Assembly: GCA_973895155.1 (NCBI GenBank)
Contig: OZ316894.1
Location: 7,960,234-8,024,233 of the forward strand
DNA: 64,000 nt
From: Marsupella aquatica
Taxonomy: Eukaryota; Plantae; Marchantiophyta
Direction: 5' to 3'
Shown here: in pieces, positions 12,171-24,566 of the stretch
Layout of the letters: the number at the start of each line of letters is the position of its first letter
Numbering within the stretch: the stretch's first letter is position 1
Notes under the pieces: generated by a model
The model's database searches: none
Seen by the model: the letters and a program-made list of their open reading frames with translations, nothing else
Told to the model about the DNA's origin: nothing
Made by a program: the position numbers and the translations under genes

Positions 12171-14518
12171 TGCAATCAGCAGCAAGCTACAATCGGCAAG
12201 AAGCTGTGGGTGAGGAGTTGCAATCGGCGAGAACCTACAGGAGGTTCCATCAAGGAGCTGCGAGAACTTATATCTGTGGGAGCGAGTTTGGGCTGAGGTG
12301 CGAGAAGGTCAGTTGTGCAATTTTGCGCTTCTTCCCCTTCTGGCCATTTGTTCATTCTGCATTTTTGCTTTGCTTTTGCCAATGTGCTACCAATGTGCTG
12401 TCAGTCCATGAATCCAATGTTGCCTTCTTGTTCTGTTGCTTAGTGTCTGCTAGTATGCTTATGGCAATGACAGAGAAGCTCCGATTGCTAAGAGACTATT
12501 TGCTCTCTCTTTCTCGCTCTCTCTCTGTCCCTCTCTCTCTAAGTGCCTGAGTTTTGCACCAGTTTTTGAATGTCTACAATGTTGAGTTCCCTTTGCAGAG
12601 AAATGTGAATGCAGTTTTCGAATGTCTAGAATGTTGAGTTCCCTGACGTGATGCGATGGAGCATCCTGGACGCGCACTGATTGTAGCAGTTGTGCGTGTC
12701 GTCGGCACTGTCATGGATTGGAGAAGGAAATCCCATAGAACTAGCCATTGCACTTTCTCGCACAATGCCTGCATTTCCTTCCCTGTACCATGCTAGCTCC
12801 ACTGCGACCTTCCACTGCTATCTATGTTGATTCCTTCCACTGCTACAAAATTCTGCTTTGCAATGGCATCCCAATGCTCATATGTCCCAGTAAAATTCGG
12901 GTAGACATAAGTATTAGGCGCGGACTCTTCTCTCTCTGCCTGCCCAAGATCAGGGTTTACTGGTTCTAATTGCTAATTCAGTCCCCATTTAGAAAGACCT
13001 AAGAAATTTAACTATCTTCGAGCTTTATTGTTTGTTTTGGCAAAATCTTCCCTTGCGGCCAGCAGCTGAGGCCCAGCGTCCACGATGTCCGATACATTTT
13101 TCAAGACATAAGTAAGCTGGCTGGGAAATGCCTTTCTCCTCAATCTCAAGAGATGATTTTTCTGGAGTCTGCTCACGTATTGCTCTTGCTTGTCCAGAAC
13201 CTGAACAGCTATTTACCACAACTGAATCAAGTGCCCGAGTTCTGACCAAGTTGTCCTTTGTCTGTCTGCTGTTGATTTCTGATTGCTACTTGTTGGATTT
13301 GTCTGCTATGTTCAATTCAGTTTGTTGTCTTGTTGTCGTCTGACAATGTTTGTGGTGCAAGGTGAGCTTGATCTCTTATTATTACAATGTAGTCCTTAGT
13401 TTTCCATTGTATGATGTTTTCCTTAGTCTATCTATGTTCCTCAATGAATTGGTTTCCTTACTCTTCTTTTGACATCCCTCTGTATCATAGCCCTTTTCTT
13501 TTCTCTTTTTTTTACTGAAGAGAAGTGCAAGCATGTATGGTGAATCCTCACTTGATTCCAGCAGCGACTCTGTAGAATTTTGTCGCCAAAAAGTTTCAGA
13601 GTTTCGTGTGTGGTTTGCCAACTGCTGTGCCACCTCAGAGAATTCCTTAGTGGCTTTTGTACAAGCCTTGCTCTTCAACTATGGTAATTTACAGCTAACT
13701 GTCTGATGTTCACACAACATCCATACACAGCAATGAATACAACTCCATGAATACAGCCACATGATTTCCTTTGGTCTGCAAACTGGACAAAACTAAACTA
13801 AAATCAGCTTGGTCAATTTTAAATCCTTCGTAAGGGTCTCTGACAGCAGCCCGGTATAGTCATTTGTGCACGAAGATAGAGTACGGTGCAGCTTTTGAAA
13901 AAGTGGGTGGACCAGCAGCTTGTTGAGAGTAAAGCAACTTATGGTTCTGTAACAGATGTGTGCAGCAGCTTAAGATGTAGAAGGCACACAATAAAACTTG
14001 ATTTTTACAGATTTAAAAAAGGGCAGGGTGAGTGAGCACTGCATGTTGAACTCACAGGTCCGAATCTTGATTTGATTTCGCTGCTAAAATTCGTATCTCT
14101 TGCCTGAGTCCCAGTTTGCTGGAGTTTTGTTGCTCTCTGTGCTTTGTTGTGCACATTGTTGTGTTTGCTCTGTCCATTTTAAAACTTGAGAGCCAAATGA
14201 ATGCTTTGCTGAAACTCAATTGCTATTTGTTCTGTGTTGCCCTTACAGATTTTAAAAAGGCAGGGTGAGTGAGCACTGCTGTACAACAAGCAAAGGCATA
14301 CAGGTTGCAATATTTGTGATTGCTTCCAATCATCTAGGCCAAGGTTATTTGCGCTGCTCAGTCCTAAATGCTTTGCCATCTATAAAGCATTGGTTTATGT
14401 TGCACCCTTGTGGTTACATGTCATATTTTATGCTGCACCCTCATTCTTTTGTGTCATACTGCACCCTGTTATTCCTTCTTGTTTCACAATCTGATGTAGG
14501 GTCTGAGTGTGCAGGACC

Positions 14519-15178
14519 ATGGCTCGCAATAAGCAGAAGGCCATGAATCGTTGCAGAGGTGAATCCTCTCAAGCACCTCAATTGTCCTTATATTCAGACA
14601 TTGAGATTAACCAGAATAGTCCACATGTATGTGCGATTTGTGATGAGGGAGGGGATCTCATTGTTTGTGATGGGCCTTGCCACCGACATTTCCATAAGAA
14701 TGTTTCCTGTCCTTTGGGTCAGCAATGGCTATGCCCAACTATATCCCTCGCTGATGGCCATGTTGGAGAATGGCTTTGTGTTGATTGCAAGAATGAGGAA
14801 CATTCTTGCTTTAAGTGCCATGTGTCTAAAAAAATTGGTGAAGAGGTAAGAAAATGTCCAGACTCTCTCTGTGCCCGGTTTTACTGTCGGCAGTGTTTGG
14901 TTCCTGGCACAGCATCATGTGGACTCCATATTTGTCTTACTTGTGGACAGGGGCCCAATGATGGGGCTAATGGCTTTTTGGTTCAGTGCATGAGGTGTCC
15001 TAAGGCATGGCACAAAGACTGCCTGCTGTTTATCCAGCAGAGGGGATTTGCCCATGATCGAACAATTTGGGATCACTCAGCGCATGGGCAGCCCAAGAAG
15101 GGGATGTTTTACTGTCCTGACCATGACATTGATCCTACACTAGGCACTCCTGCTAGGAGCCACATATCTTGGATTTGA
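14519..15178 (+). CDS. Stand-alone EDM2/NSD-type composite PHD-finger protein (219 aa), CACTA cargo
   Basis: Uninterrupted ORF: CAICDEGGDLIVCDGPCHRHFH..WLCVDCKNEEHSCFKC..VRKCPDSLCARFYC..CGLHICLTC..LVQCMRCPKAWHKDCL..IWD..MFYCPDHDIDPTLGTPARSHI. Cys/His spacing and the C-terminal YC-x-x-H-x-ID-x-x-L-x-TP-x-R-x-H motif match my recollection of the plant EDM2 PHD region. Confidence 0.85.
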   Translation: MARNKQKAMNRCRGESSQAPQLSLYSDIEINQNSPHVCAICDEGGDLIVCDGPCHRHFHKNVSCPLGQQWLCPTISLADGHVGEWLCVDCKNEEHSCFKCHVSKKIGEEVRKCPDSLCARFYCRQCLVPGTASCGLHICLTCGQGPNDGANGFLVQCMRCPKAWHKDCLLFIQQRGFAHDRTIWDHSAHGQPKKGMFYCPDHDIDPTLGTPARSHISWI

Positions 15179-15775
15179 TTGAGGCTGGATCGAACACAAA
15201 CTTGAGATAGAGCTTTTTGATGGTTTCACGTGGACTTAAACAATTTTCAGAGTGCTAAAACATGTGGACTATTTATATGCAGTTTGATGAACTCCTCATG
15301 TATACACACTCTACGACAGTGCATTGCGGATTGAGGCAATTAATTTTGAGAAATCAACTTTATTATCTTTTCCAGGGTAGGATTCTGATTTTCAAGCATG
15401 TACTTTGAGTGTGACTTTCCTCCATATTGATGTCTAAACTTCACTTGTAAATTTGTCACTGGTGTCACAAACGTTACTTATTCCAGACCTGTCTGCTCAC
15501 ATTCCTAATAGGCAAACAAATACTGGAAATGATGAAGGCACAGAGATTTACGTTCATAGTATCATTCTGATGACACTGTATGTGATGCTCTATTTGTATG
15601 CAAGGAGAAGGTGCCCTACTACAGTGGATTTGAGAAACTGGGCTCTGTGGGTTTGAGCAATTGGACTGTGGTTGGCATCGGTTGTACAACTGTGACGGTA
15701 GGCCCAATTTTGTATGCATGTCACTCTGATTCAGTTTGAAAATCATAGTTTGAATACAATTTCAATCAAGCTAGC

Positions 15776-18700
15776 ATGGCACAATTGCCACAGAATACGT
15801 TAGGTGTGGGTAGAACTCCAAAGTTGCCGCTCTTCCATCCAGCTAGAGTACAACATCGTGATGATGCTTTGTGGGTTCGAGAACAGAAGGCCTGCCACAA
15901 GAGTGGGGACCATAAGATGTACTGCCCTTGTGTGAACTGCAAAGGGAATTATAGGACTAATCGGAATACTGCTAGACTGCACCTTATTAAACATGGTCGG
16001 TACCCTGCATGTCGAGTGTGGGTGGGAGAGGGACAGGACTCTTCTGATGAAGAGTGGGGTGCTGACTACATGTCACAACATGGCCCTGAGGCATTGAGGG
16101 TAGCAAACCTTCAGCAGGCAACCTGTGCACAACAGCCAACTGTAGATGTTGAAGAACATTTATTTGTAGATGTTCCAGAGTATCCAACTGTGGATGTTCC
16201 AGAGTATCCAACTGTGGATGTTCAAGAACATCCAACTATAGATGTCGAAGAACATATCAGGGCTCTACTGGAAGAAACGTTGCTGAGAACCAGTGAAGAA
16301 TCCCCTGAGCATGAGCTAGATGATCAGGACCGTTTTGACTTGGATTTTGTACTTGGGGATGATGAGAGTGAAGGAGGTGCCCATCCTGTAAACCCCCTTG
16401 AAACCTCCAAAACTCCTGTGGAGACTGATCCTGCACAGTTATCTTTAGATGCAGCAATGCAACCTTTGTTCCCAGGCAGCAAAATAGATGTTGTGTCATT
16501 CATGTTGCTTCTGCTGAACATCTGTCATGGCCATGGATTCTCAAACAAAGGAGTGAATGCATTGTTGTCTTTGATGGGGGAGCATGGTATGCCTACAAAG
16601 CATAATCTGCCCAAGAACTTATATGCTGCAAAGCAGCTATTGAGAAAGCTTGGCTTGGATTATGAGAGAATCCCTGTCTGTGAGAAAGGTTGTATGCTCT
16701 TTAGGGGTGAGAATGCCAAGTTAGAAAACTGTTCAGTGTGTCAGCAGCCCAAGATGAAGAGAGTGGGGAATTCATTACAGGCAAGGAAGGTAGTGCGGTA
16801 TTTCCCTATAATTCCCAGGTTGAAGAGATTGTATGCCACTGCTGGTACATCTAAACTCATGACTTGGCATCATGAGAATAGAAGCACAGACAACATGGTT
16901 CGGCACGCAGCAGATTCAAAGGCTTGGAAGCATGTGGATACAAATATTGATCGGGAATTTGCAGCTGAACCAAGGAATGTGCGATTTGGGTTGGCACTTG
17001 ATGGGGTGAATCCCTTTGGGAATAATTCCACAGCTTGGTCTACCTGGCCAATACTGTTGTTGAATTACAATTTACCTCCTTGGCTTACCACCAAGAAGTT
17101 CTTTGTCATGCTAGCTATGCTGATTCCAGGACCTGATTCAGTAACAGAGGAACAGCTAGACATAATATTGGGCCCATTCTATGAGGAGTTGGAGCTGTTG
17201 TGGAAGAAAGGAGTGCCCTGCTTTGACAAATTGCCACGCCCAGGATTGTCTCAACACTTCAACCTTAGGGCTGTGCTATTGTGGACAATCAATGATTACC
17301 CTGCATATGGTTTAATATCTGGACAACAACACTTTGGATACAAAGGATGTGTCATCTGTGGGCCAGAATGTATGGCACGTGGTTCTAAGCACTTGCAGAA
17401 ATTAGAGTACAGTGGCCACCGTCGATGGTTAGCAACAAGGCATCTTTTTCGTAGACCAGATAGTGCACAATACTTTGATGGTGCAATTGAGAGTCGACCT
17501 GCACCGTGTAGAATGACAAGCTCTGATAGAAAGAAGTGGGGAGACGAGACAACAGAATATTTGAAGAAGGGAGGAACCAAGGTTGAGGATGAGAAATGCC
17601 CCATAAAGGTGCATGGAGTGAAGAGGGCTACTGGTCTGTACAAGTTGCCCTATTGGAATGTAAGACTCCATACTACTACAATGAATTTCTGCAATCTCTT
17701 CATATGACTTTGAAATATATTCTCTTCATATACTTCCTGTAGCCCAGATTTTGTAATTGTTGTATTCAATGCACTAATTTCTGAATTGTGTCCACTGCAC
17801 AAACTACTGCCCAGTGATGCCAAAAGTTGTATTCAATGCCCTAATTTCTGAATTGTGTGTCCACTGCAGAAACTACTCATTAACCATTGTCTAGATCCCA
17901 TGCACTGTGAGAAGAATCTTGCACACAACATTGTGCACACTATCATTGGGACCAAGGACACTCCTTCTGTGAGAGAAGACATGAAGCTCTTACAGGTGCG
18001 CCAACACCTATGGCTTGTACCCAATCCAGCTCCCAAGCGTAAGGATGACAAATTGTTGATGCCCCCAGCCCCATATTGCCTGAGCAAGAAGGAAAGAACA
18101 AGGTTCTTGGAGGTTTTATTGACCTTGAAAGGGCCCACTGGTTTTTCAAGTTCTTTGGCAAAGTGTGTTACAAAATCCAAGAAACTCTCTGGGTTGAAAT
18201 CACATGATTTCCACCAACTCATGCAACAGATTCTCCCTCTGGCAACAATGGGATTACTTGATGAAGGGGTTCGCTTGGCCATAGCTGGGGTGAGCAATAT
18301 CTATCGCCAGATCTGTACGAAGGTGTGGGACCCTTCAATGTATGAGAATTTGATGATGGATGTTGCATTCACTCTCTGCATTTTGGAAATCCATTTTCCA
18401 CCAAGCTTCTTTGATGTCATGACCCATTTAATGATTCACCTAGTGGAGGAATTAGACTTGTGTGGCCCAGTTACAGGCAGATGGATGTACCCAATAGAGA
18501 GGAACCTGAAGGTATTGAAGGGTTATGTACGAAACAAGGCACGTCCAGAGGCTTCTATGGCTGAAGGCTATGTATTAGATGAGTCTTTGGGATTTCTTTC
18601 TGAATACATGATTGATGCAAAGGGAGAGGGAAAACGAACCTGGGAGTTGGAGGAGGATGCTGGCGTTGCAGGCATTGTTTTGGAAGGGGCTGCAAAGGCG

Positions 18701-19769
18701 ATAACTTTGGATTGGTCTGAAATGATGGCCATGCATCATTATATATTAGAGAATGAAGAGACAGTGGCTCCATGGTATAGGTACATAAACCCTAGAAACT
18801 CTCCTATCCTTAGGCATATGGATCATAATTATGTTTCCCCATTGTGTTTGTATATTCATGGTGGATCGTGCACTAATGTCTTCAGTGTTGTTGTTGCCAT
18901 GCAGGATATATGATGCTACCAATGAGACTGTTACCAAACGAAGAGTGGATTTCCGGAAGGAGTGGATGAGGAAGCCTGCCAATCGAAGAAAACCAGTGGA
19001 ATTTCCCGTAGACTGCCAAGAATTGCCACCTTTCAGGGAATGGTTTCAAACATTAGTCAATACCCATAATTTTGAGAAAGAGTCTGAGCGGTCATTACTA
19101 TCTGCATACTCCACACCACCTAGTTTGAAGGCACGACTGTATAGGGCATGTAGAGCCTATGGGCACCATTGGAGGACTATTCCATCCTTGGGGTGTTTGA
19201 GTGATTGTGATTCTGGTGCTTTCAGCACTTTTGATTCTGGGATGGCTTCTACATTCACTGAGAAGCGAGTGGACAGGTCTGGTGCAACCATAGAAGAATC
19301 TGTACAGTATGTAGGGGCCTTGACAGATATCTTGGTACTGAATTATGGCAGCTTGAGGAAAGAGGTGATTCTTTTCAAAGGGAAATGGGCAGATCCATCA
19401 TGGACTCCTAAATCCTCTGCCAGTATGAGGTATACCAAGTCTGGTCTTTGGCAGGTGAATTTCCATAGAGAACTGGGTGTGTCCAAGAAAATGGATTACG
19501 TTTTCCCAAAGCAAGTGGAGCAGGTTTTCTTCCACCCCAATGAGAAGGGGATAGCATGGAGAACAATCCTCCACAAAGAATCCAGGTCCACAAGGGTGTT
19601 AGGTGATTACACAGACGTTGATTTCCATGCTACAATGGAAAACAATGCCAAATTACACATCGAATTGGCTAAGGCCTGTAGGTCCAGAGAAAATCCAGGA
19701 CCAAGTACTGGTCCCAAACGAGGCAGAGATGCAGAGGGATCTGCAAGAAAGGGCAGGCCTAAGCAGTGA
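15776..19769 (+). CDS. CACTA TnpD/Tnp2-type transposase (Transposase_21 and associated domains), 3 exons, ~1219 aa, apparently intact
   Basis: Exons 15776-17659, 17870-18780 and 18905-19769 with GT-AG introns total 3660 nt, in frame. Motifs: CPCVNC, RYFPIIPRLKRLY, FGLALDGVNPF, NLPPW, TINDYPAYG, LPYW/LDPMHCEKN, GLKSHDFH, WMYPIER, VFPKQVEQVFF. Confidence 0.95.
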
Positions 19770-19867
19770 ATAGGTTTTAGCTAGGTGTGTGAAGTCCATA
19801 GATGGACTACATGTATGGACTATTTATGAAATCAGACTAATGGTTTACCCATTTGTGCAGTTGGTGA

Positions 19868-22800
19868 ATGCAGCCTGTGAAAGGAAGATTGCAAGGGTTG
19901 TCACATTCTGTGAATCCTTATGAGGAGGCCCGAAATCGGAACATAGAGCATAATGTCAGAATTATGCGTGATCTAGGACTGGGGCCAGACTGCAAGCTGA
20001 TGTGTGTGTTGATATGTCTATTGCAAATTTGATTCAGTAGATGGAGTTGTCAGGTTCATGTTCTGTTTTCATATTCCAGATTGGTCTCATACTAGTATGG
20101 ATCCTGTACATAAGTACTAGTGTTATGGTGTTGTAGATTCATTTTGCATGTATGTTTGATCTGCATTGGTGTATGTTGATGATTGCTTTGTTCCTTAGAG
20201 GCCCAACCACACATGTACAACGAGAGAGAGGAAAGCCTGCTTTGGTGAAAGGTACTTCAACTGAAACATTGCCAAAGAGGAGGAGCTCTAGACTATCAGA
20301 AGTTACCAAGGTGAACATGGCAGAGTTTGGTGATGATGGCTATGGTTCTCCTTCTGAGTATGACACTGAGGATTCTGACATTGGAGGGTCAGAACCAGAG
20401 AGTGCACAACAGGTAATGCTTGAACTTCATCATCCTAATAGGAAGGGATCCTTGTCCCTTTTTCAAATTATATGTTGATATGCTTACGTTGTCCATGATG
20501 TAGGTACAGAAACAAAATCGTGGTCCTAAGAAGACTGGGCCTGGTGGAGGTGGGCTAGTGAGATGTTGGAAAGACCCAGACACTGGACTCTTATATGAAA
20601 GTGAGTGGATTGTACTGTTCTACTTTTCAGGTGTGTTTGGAAGTTGATATTCTACTTGGAAATGAAATTAATTGAAGTGCTTTGGTGTTGTGTGTTTGTT
20701 TAGTGGTTCCATCAGCATCTGAAGGCAGATCAGGTCAATCTGATGTACTACATTCCAGAGGATCTTCAGGTAATACACAATCTGCTCGTGTTGCATATGC
20801 AAGTACATTTGCTCAACTTTTCAATCATGTACATATTTTTTGATTGAATGCATGTGTGTGCATTGCAGGAGGGGCCTCTGAGATGCGCAGGGAACGAAGG
20901 CATGCTAAGAAGCAGTTTGATAATACTGCCAAACAACGAAGGGATTGCGGAGAGGTGCCCAAACACATTAAAGTGAGTATTGTACTTGTTTGTAGATTTA
21001 GACAAATCTGATCCTCTCTGTTGTTGTGTGTATAAAACCTGGACTCTGCATAAATTCCAGAGTTATGATCTGACATTGTCTGTGAAATGCAGATTTATGA
21101 CAATGATATTGATGATTCTGATGGCAACAAACAATACTGGCTGGAGGAACTTCGTGGCAACGTACTCAGAGTCTTTGATGTATCAAAGCCAAAATGGACT
21201 GATCATCCACAAGTTCATACAACCACAGTGTGGAATAACATGGCAGCTGAGTGGGAGTATGTGGGTGGGGAATTTATTAACACCAAATTCCAGAGTCATT
21301 GTCGTGGCATATTGAAGAGAGAGCGCCATAAAATGCATGTTTATTGGAAGAAAGTTTGCAATGAGGATCCAACCAAACTTGGGCCATCTGGTGTTGATCC
21401 AAAGAAATGGGCAGCTTTGGTATCTCATTTTACCAGTCCAGCATTGATATCTTTGAGTAAACAGATGACTGATAAAAGAGCACGAGTGCAAGATACCTCT
21501 CACTTTGGAAGGGGAGGGCATGCTGCAGCAGCAAAGAGAATGGTAAATTGTCTATCATTTTCACTATCAATTCTGTCTTGTTTGTGAATCTTGATGAAAA
21601 CAAACTCTGTGATTTCTCATTCATTGTGTGTTTGAACAGAAGCAGAAGAGAGGATCAAGCCCAGGTATATCTGACCTGAAAGAAAACCATGGTAGTCAGG
21701 GTTCATTGCCAAAGGTGACAATGAGCCCATCATTGGCAAGTGCAGAAGGTCAGACTGGTAGTTTTGTGGGAGCAAAGGTGAGCCCATCATTGGCAAGTGG
21801 GGAGGGTAAAAGTGCTAGCTTACTGGGGCAAGGAAACAGACATGGATCAGCTGTGAGTATTGTCATACCAATTTGATTTGTACATCATTCTCCATTTGAC
21901 AGAGCCAGTGTTGTGTCGTTTGTAAGTTTGACAGTGAGACTGTTGTGTTGGTTTGTGGTTCATTTACAGACCCCACATTCAAAAGAAGAGATCACTGCCA
22001 TTGGGGCTGTGAAATTGGATGTCGCTGAGTTGAAAGGCACTGTGAGGGAGTTGACAAACATGATGACTACATGGATGGCACATCACCCCAGTAATGCACA
22101 AGTTCCAACAGTTGTGCCTAGTCACAGTAAGTTGACTACAACTACCAAACAAGGTAGTAGAAAGCGATCTCTTACTTTTTCAGGCGATAATGAAGGTAAA
22201 ATTCTCTATCATGTATACACTGTCCATTCAATGTAATTATTGTGATGTGTATATGTCATTGCATGTTTATAATGTTCTTGCATGTTTTTAGTGTGATTAT
22301 ATGTTGCTGGTGTATACATGTTTGTTTATGCATTTCTTTTGTGTGTGTTTTATGACAGCATCTTTAGGGGAGCCTCCTGTGTCGCAGGGAAGACCAACTG
22401 ACACAGCTAACAGTACTCTAAAGCAAACTGAATTGGAAGTGAACCTTTTGCCATCTAAGTTGCCCAAAGAAGCCATTTCAGATGTCTTTCAGTTGCCAGA
22501 GGATAAGTCGACTCAGTTGACACCAGATGTAACCCCAGAATCATCTGAGTTGCCAAAAGAAACTCCCATTCCAAGTGAACAGGATGACACTCCATCAACT
22601 AGAAAGGGAAAGAAGAAAAGGAAGAAAGGATCCTCAGCAAATGCATCACCTGCACAGAAGAAACCAATGCAGTCTCCTAACCCCGTTGCAAAGGTAAATG
22701 TGTGTTTGATTTGAGTGTTCTTCTATCTTTCAATTTCTGTTTATTGCATTTTTAACAAAATGTGTTGTTCACAGTTTGCAAGAGGAGATTTGGTGAAGAT

Positions 22801-23035
22801 GAAGAGCGTTGTGGACAATTCCATGATAGTGGCAGAAGGTGAGGTGACAGGGCTGCCAGGAGAAGATAAGTTTCATTGTGCAGATTTTGAAAGCCCTTTC
22901 TTGCGAGTGCGTGTGATTGAAGTGTTTGTAGATGTGGCATTGCCATTTGCCAATTCAGGGGAGAACCAGTCTAAATTATCTGATGTGAAAGGGATGAATG
23001 CCCTATGGAACTCTAGATTGCTTAAGAAGCAATAG
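19868..23035 (+). CDS. CACTA TnpA/Ptta-like multi-exon gene (exon boundaries only partly resolved)
   Basis: N-terminal YEEARNRNIEHNVRIMRDLGL motif (19868-19985). Ptta-like WAALVSHFTS..KRARVQDTSHFGRGGH (21405-21525). C-terminal Tnp1-type VAEGEV..FH..VRVIEVFVDVALPF..ALWN (22774-23035). Multiple GT-AG introns; canonical position downstream of TnpD. Confidence 0.75.
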
Positions 23036-23379
23036 AAATAGCACTCTATCAAGAAACAATAGACATGATAGAATGACAACTCTGTTTTTCTATAAACATG
23101 CAGAGTGATTGGTATGTCAGGTTGTAACAATTGACAATCTAATATTATTGATGTCAATGTAATTTTGTTTCATAAATTTGCATTGAGTTCAATATTTACC
23201 GTGAGACTTATGAAGGTATCTTGTATGAATATCAATTGGATTTGTGATATATATCGAATGTTTCTTTAAGTTTTCATTTAGCAACTCTATTGAATGGCTT
23301 TGTAATATATGATTTTTGATTGACATCAAGTTTTATCTATCATGATCACTTAAATTTGAATTTCTCCAAATCATTGAAT

Positions 23380-24100
23380 ACTTCGTCTGAATGACTGGCT
23401 TGAATGACTAAATGACTGGCTAGAATGACTGATGTAATGGTCATTATTCACAACTATCTTTGTGACCAATATGACTCAACTCTGGTCATTAAAGACATAG
23501 ACTAAATGATTCAAAGAATGACATATACAATGACCTTTCTCATGGTCATTATAAACAAGTCCACTATGACTCACTTTATGTCATTCAAGACATGTCATTA
23601 ATGACTAATGTGTATCTTTACGTGTCTTCTCCCAATTGAACCACGTGTCTCAATATGACTTGTTTATACTGTAGTCATTTTGGACACGTCCAAAATGACC
23701 CAAATATATTGCCAAATGGTGAATCCTCTTTGAACCACGTGTCACTATTTGATTTGTTATATAATGTACGTCATTTTGGACAAGTCCAAAATGACCAATG
23801 TTATTAGTTTTTTTATTGCCACGTGTCGTTGTGTGATTGGGTACGGGGACCATCGACGGTCAACGGCAATTGACCGTCGATGGTGATTTGTGTCGTCATT
23901 TTGGACCGTTCAACATTTATGACCATATCATAAAAACGGTCATTTAGGATAGTATGAAATGACCACATGTTTTTAGCGTCATTTGTCCAAAAGGACCGTG
24001 ACCAAAATGTCCGTTGTGACGTGTCTGGAAAGACGAGAACAATTGCGTCATTGTTTTGTTAAAAAGACCTGATTAATAGTCATTGTTTTGGTCATAAAAT
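23380..24100. repeat. CACTA right subterminal region with AATGAC/GTCATT motifs and a perfect 15-bp hairpin (23849-23884)
   Basis: Many AATGAC/GTCATT copies; ACCATCGACGGTCAA-cggcaa-TTGACCGTCGATGGT. Confidence 0.85.
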
Positions 24101-24566
24101 ACATTGTTTTCTACTAGTGTCCAAAAACCTCAAAGAAAACATGGGGTAAAAATGACCAATGCATTACTGATACACTATCTTAAGAGTTTGGCATGAAAAC
24201 ATATGCTAAAAGTAAAAAATAAAATTATGAGAAGACTCACAATATTTCAGGAGAAGACTTCACAGGAATGAATTAACCAAGTCTGCAAGAACTCTAATGA
24301 GTATTAGAAACCTGAAAACATAAGTAAACCTGTGAGATTTGGAGAAGTAATAAACTATTTGTTCATGAAAGATTTCTTTCCTTGCCACTAATTCCTAATG
24401 AAGGGCGTGGCCCTTTTTCTTATTTTATTGCTAATTAAGTTTTTGAGTTATTTCCAAAATCTATAAAAGGGGCTTCGTATTCATGACTCTATCTCATTTC
24501 TATTTTTCAGTTTGAGTTCATTTGGTGTTCTAGGTGTTCCCTTGTGAGTTTTGTGCAATTTTTGAA

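Larger units (their letters stand above)
4438..24119 (+). mobile_element. Full-length CACTA (EnSpm) DNA transposon, 19,682 bp
   Basis: Left end CACTAGAAGAAAACA (4438); right end TGTTTTCTACTAGTG (ends 24119; 1 mismatch in 15). 3-bp TSD TCC at 4435-4437 and 24120-24122. Dense AATGAC/GTCATT subterminal repeats; internal TnpD and TnpA-like genes. Confidence 0.97.

Noticed and set aside
23849-24119. Hairpin plus CTAG near the end, suggesting a Helitron 3' terminus
   Set aside because: The hairpin is ~230 bp from the CTAG, which is part of the CACTA TIR with a matching left end and TSD.
24121-24170. Loose inverted similarity (AAAACATGGG(G)TAA..CCAATG) to 27545-27567 as possible TIRs of the Sola-like element
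   Set aside because: Too short and gapped, with no TSD; may be subterminal motifs, but ends cannot be assigned.
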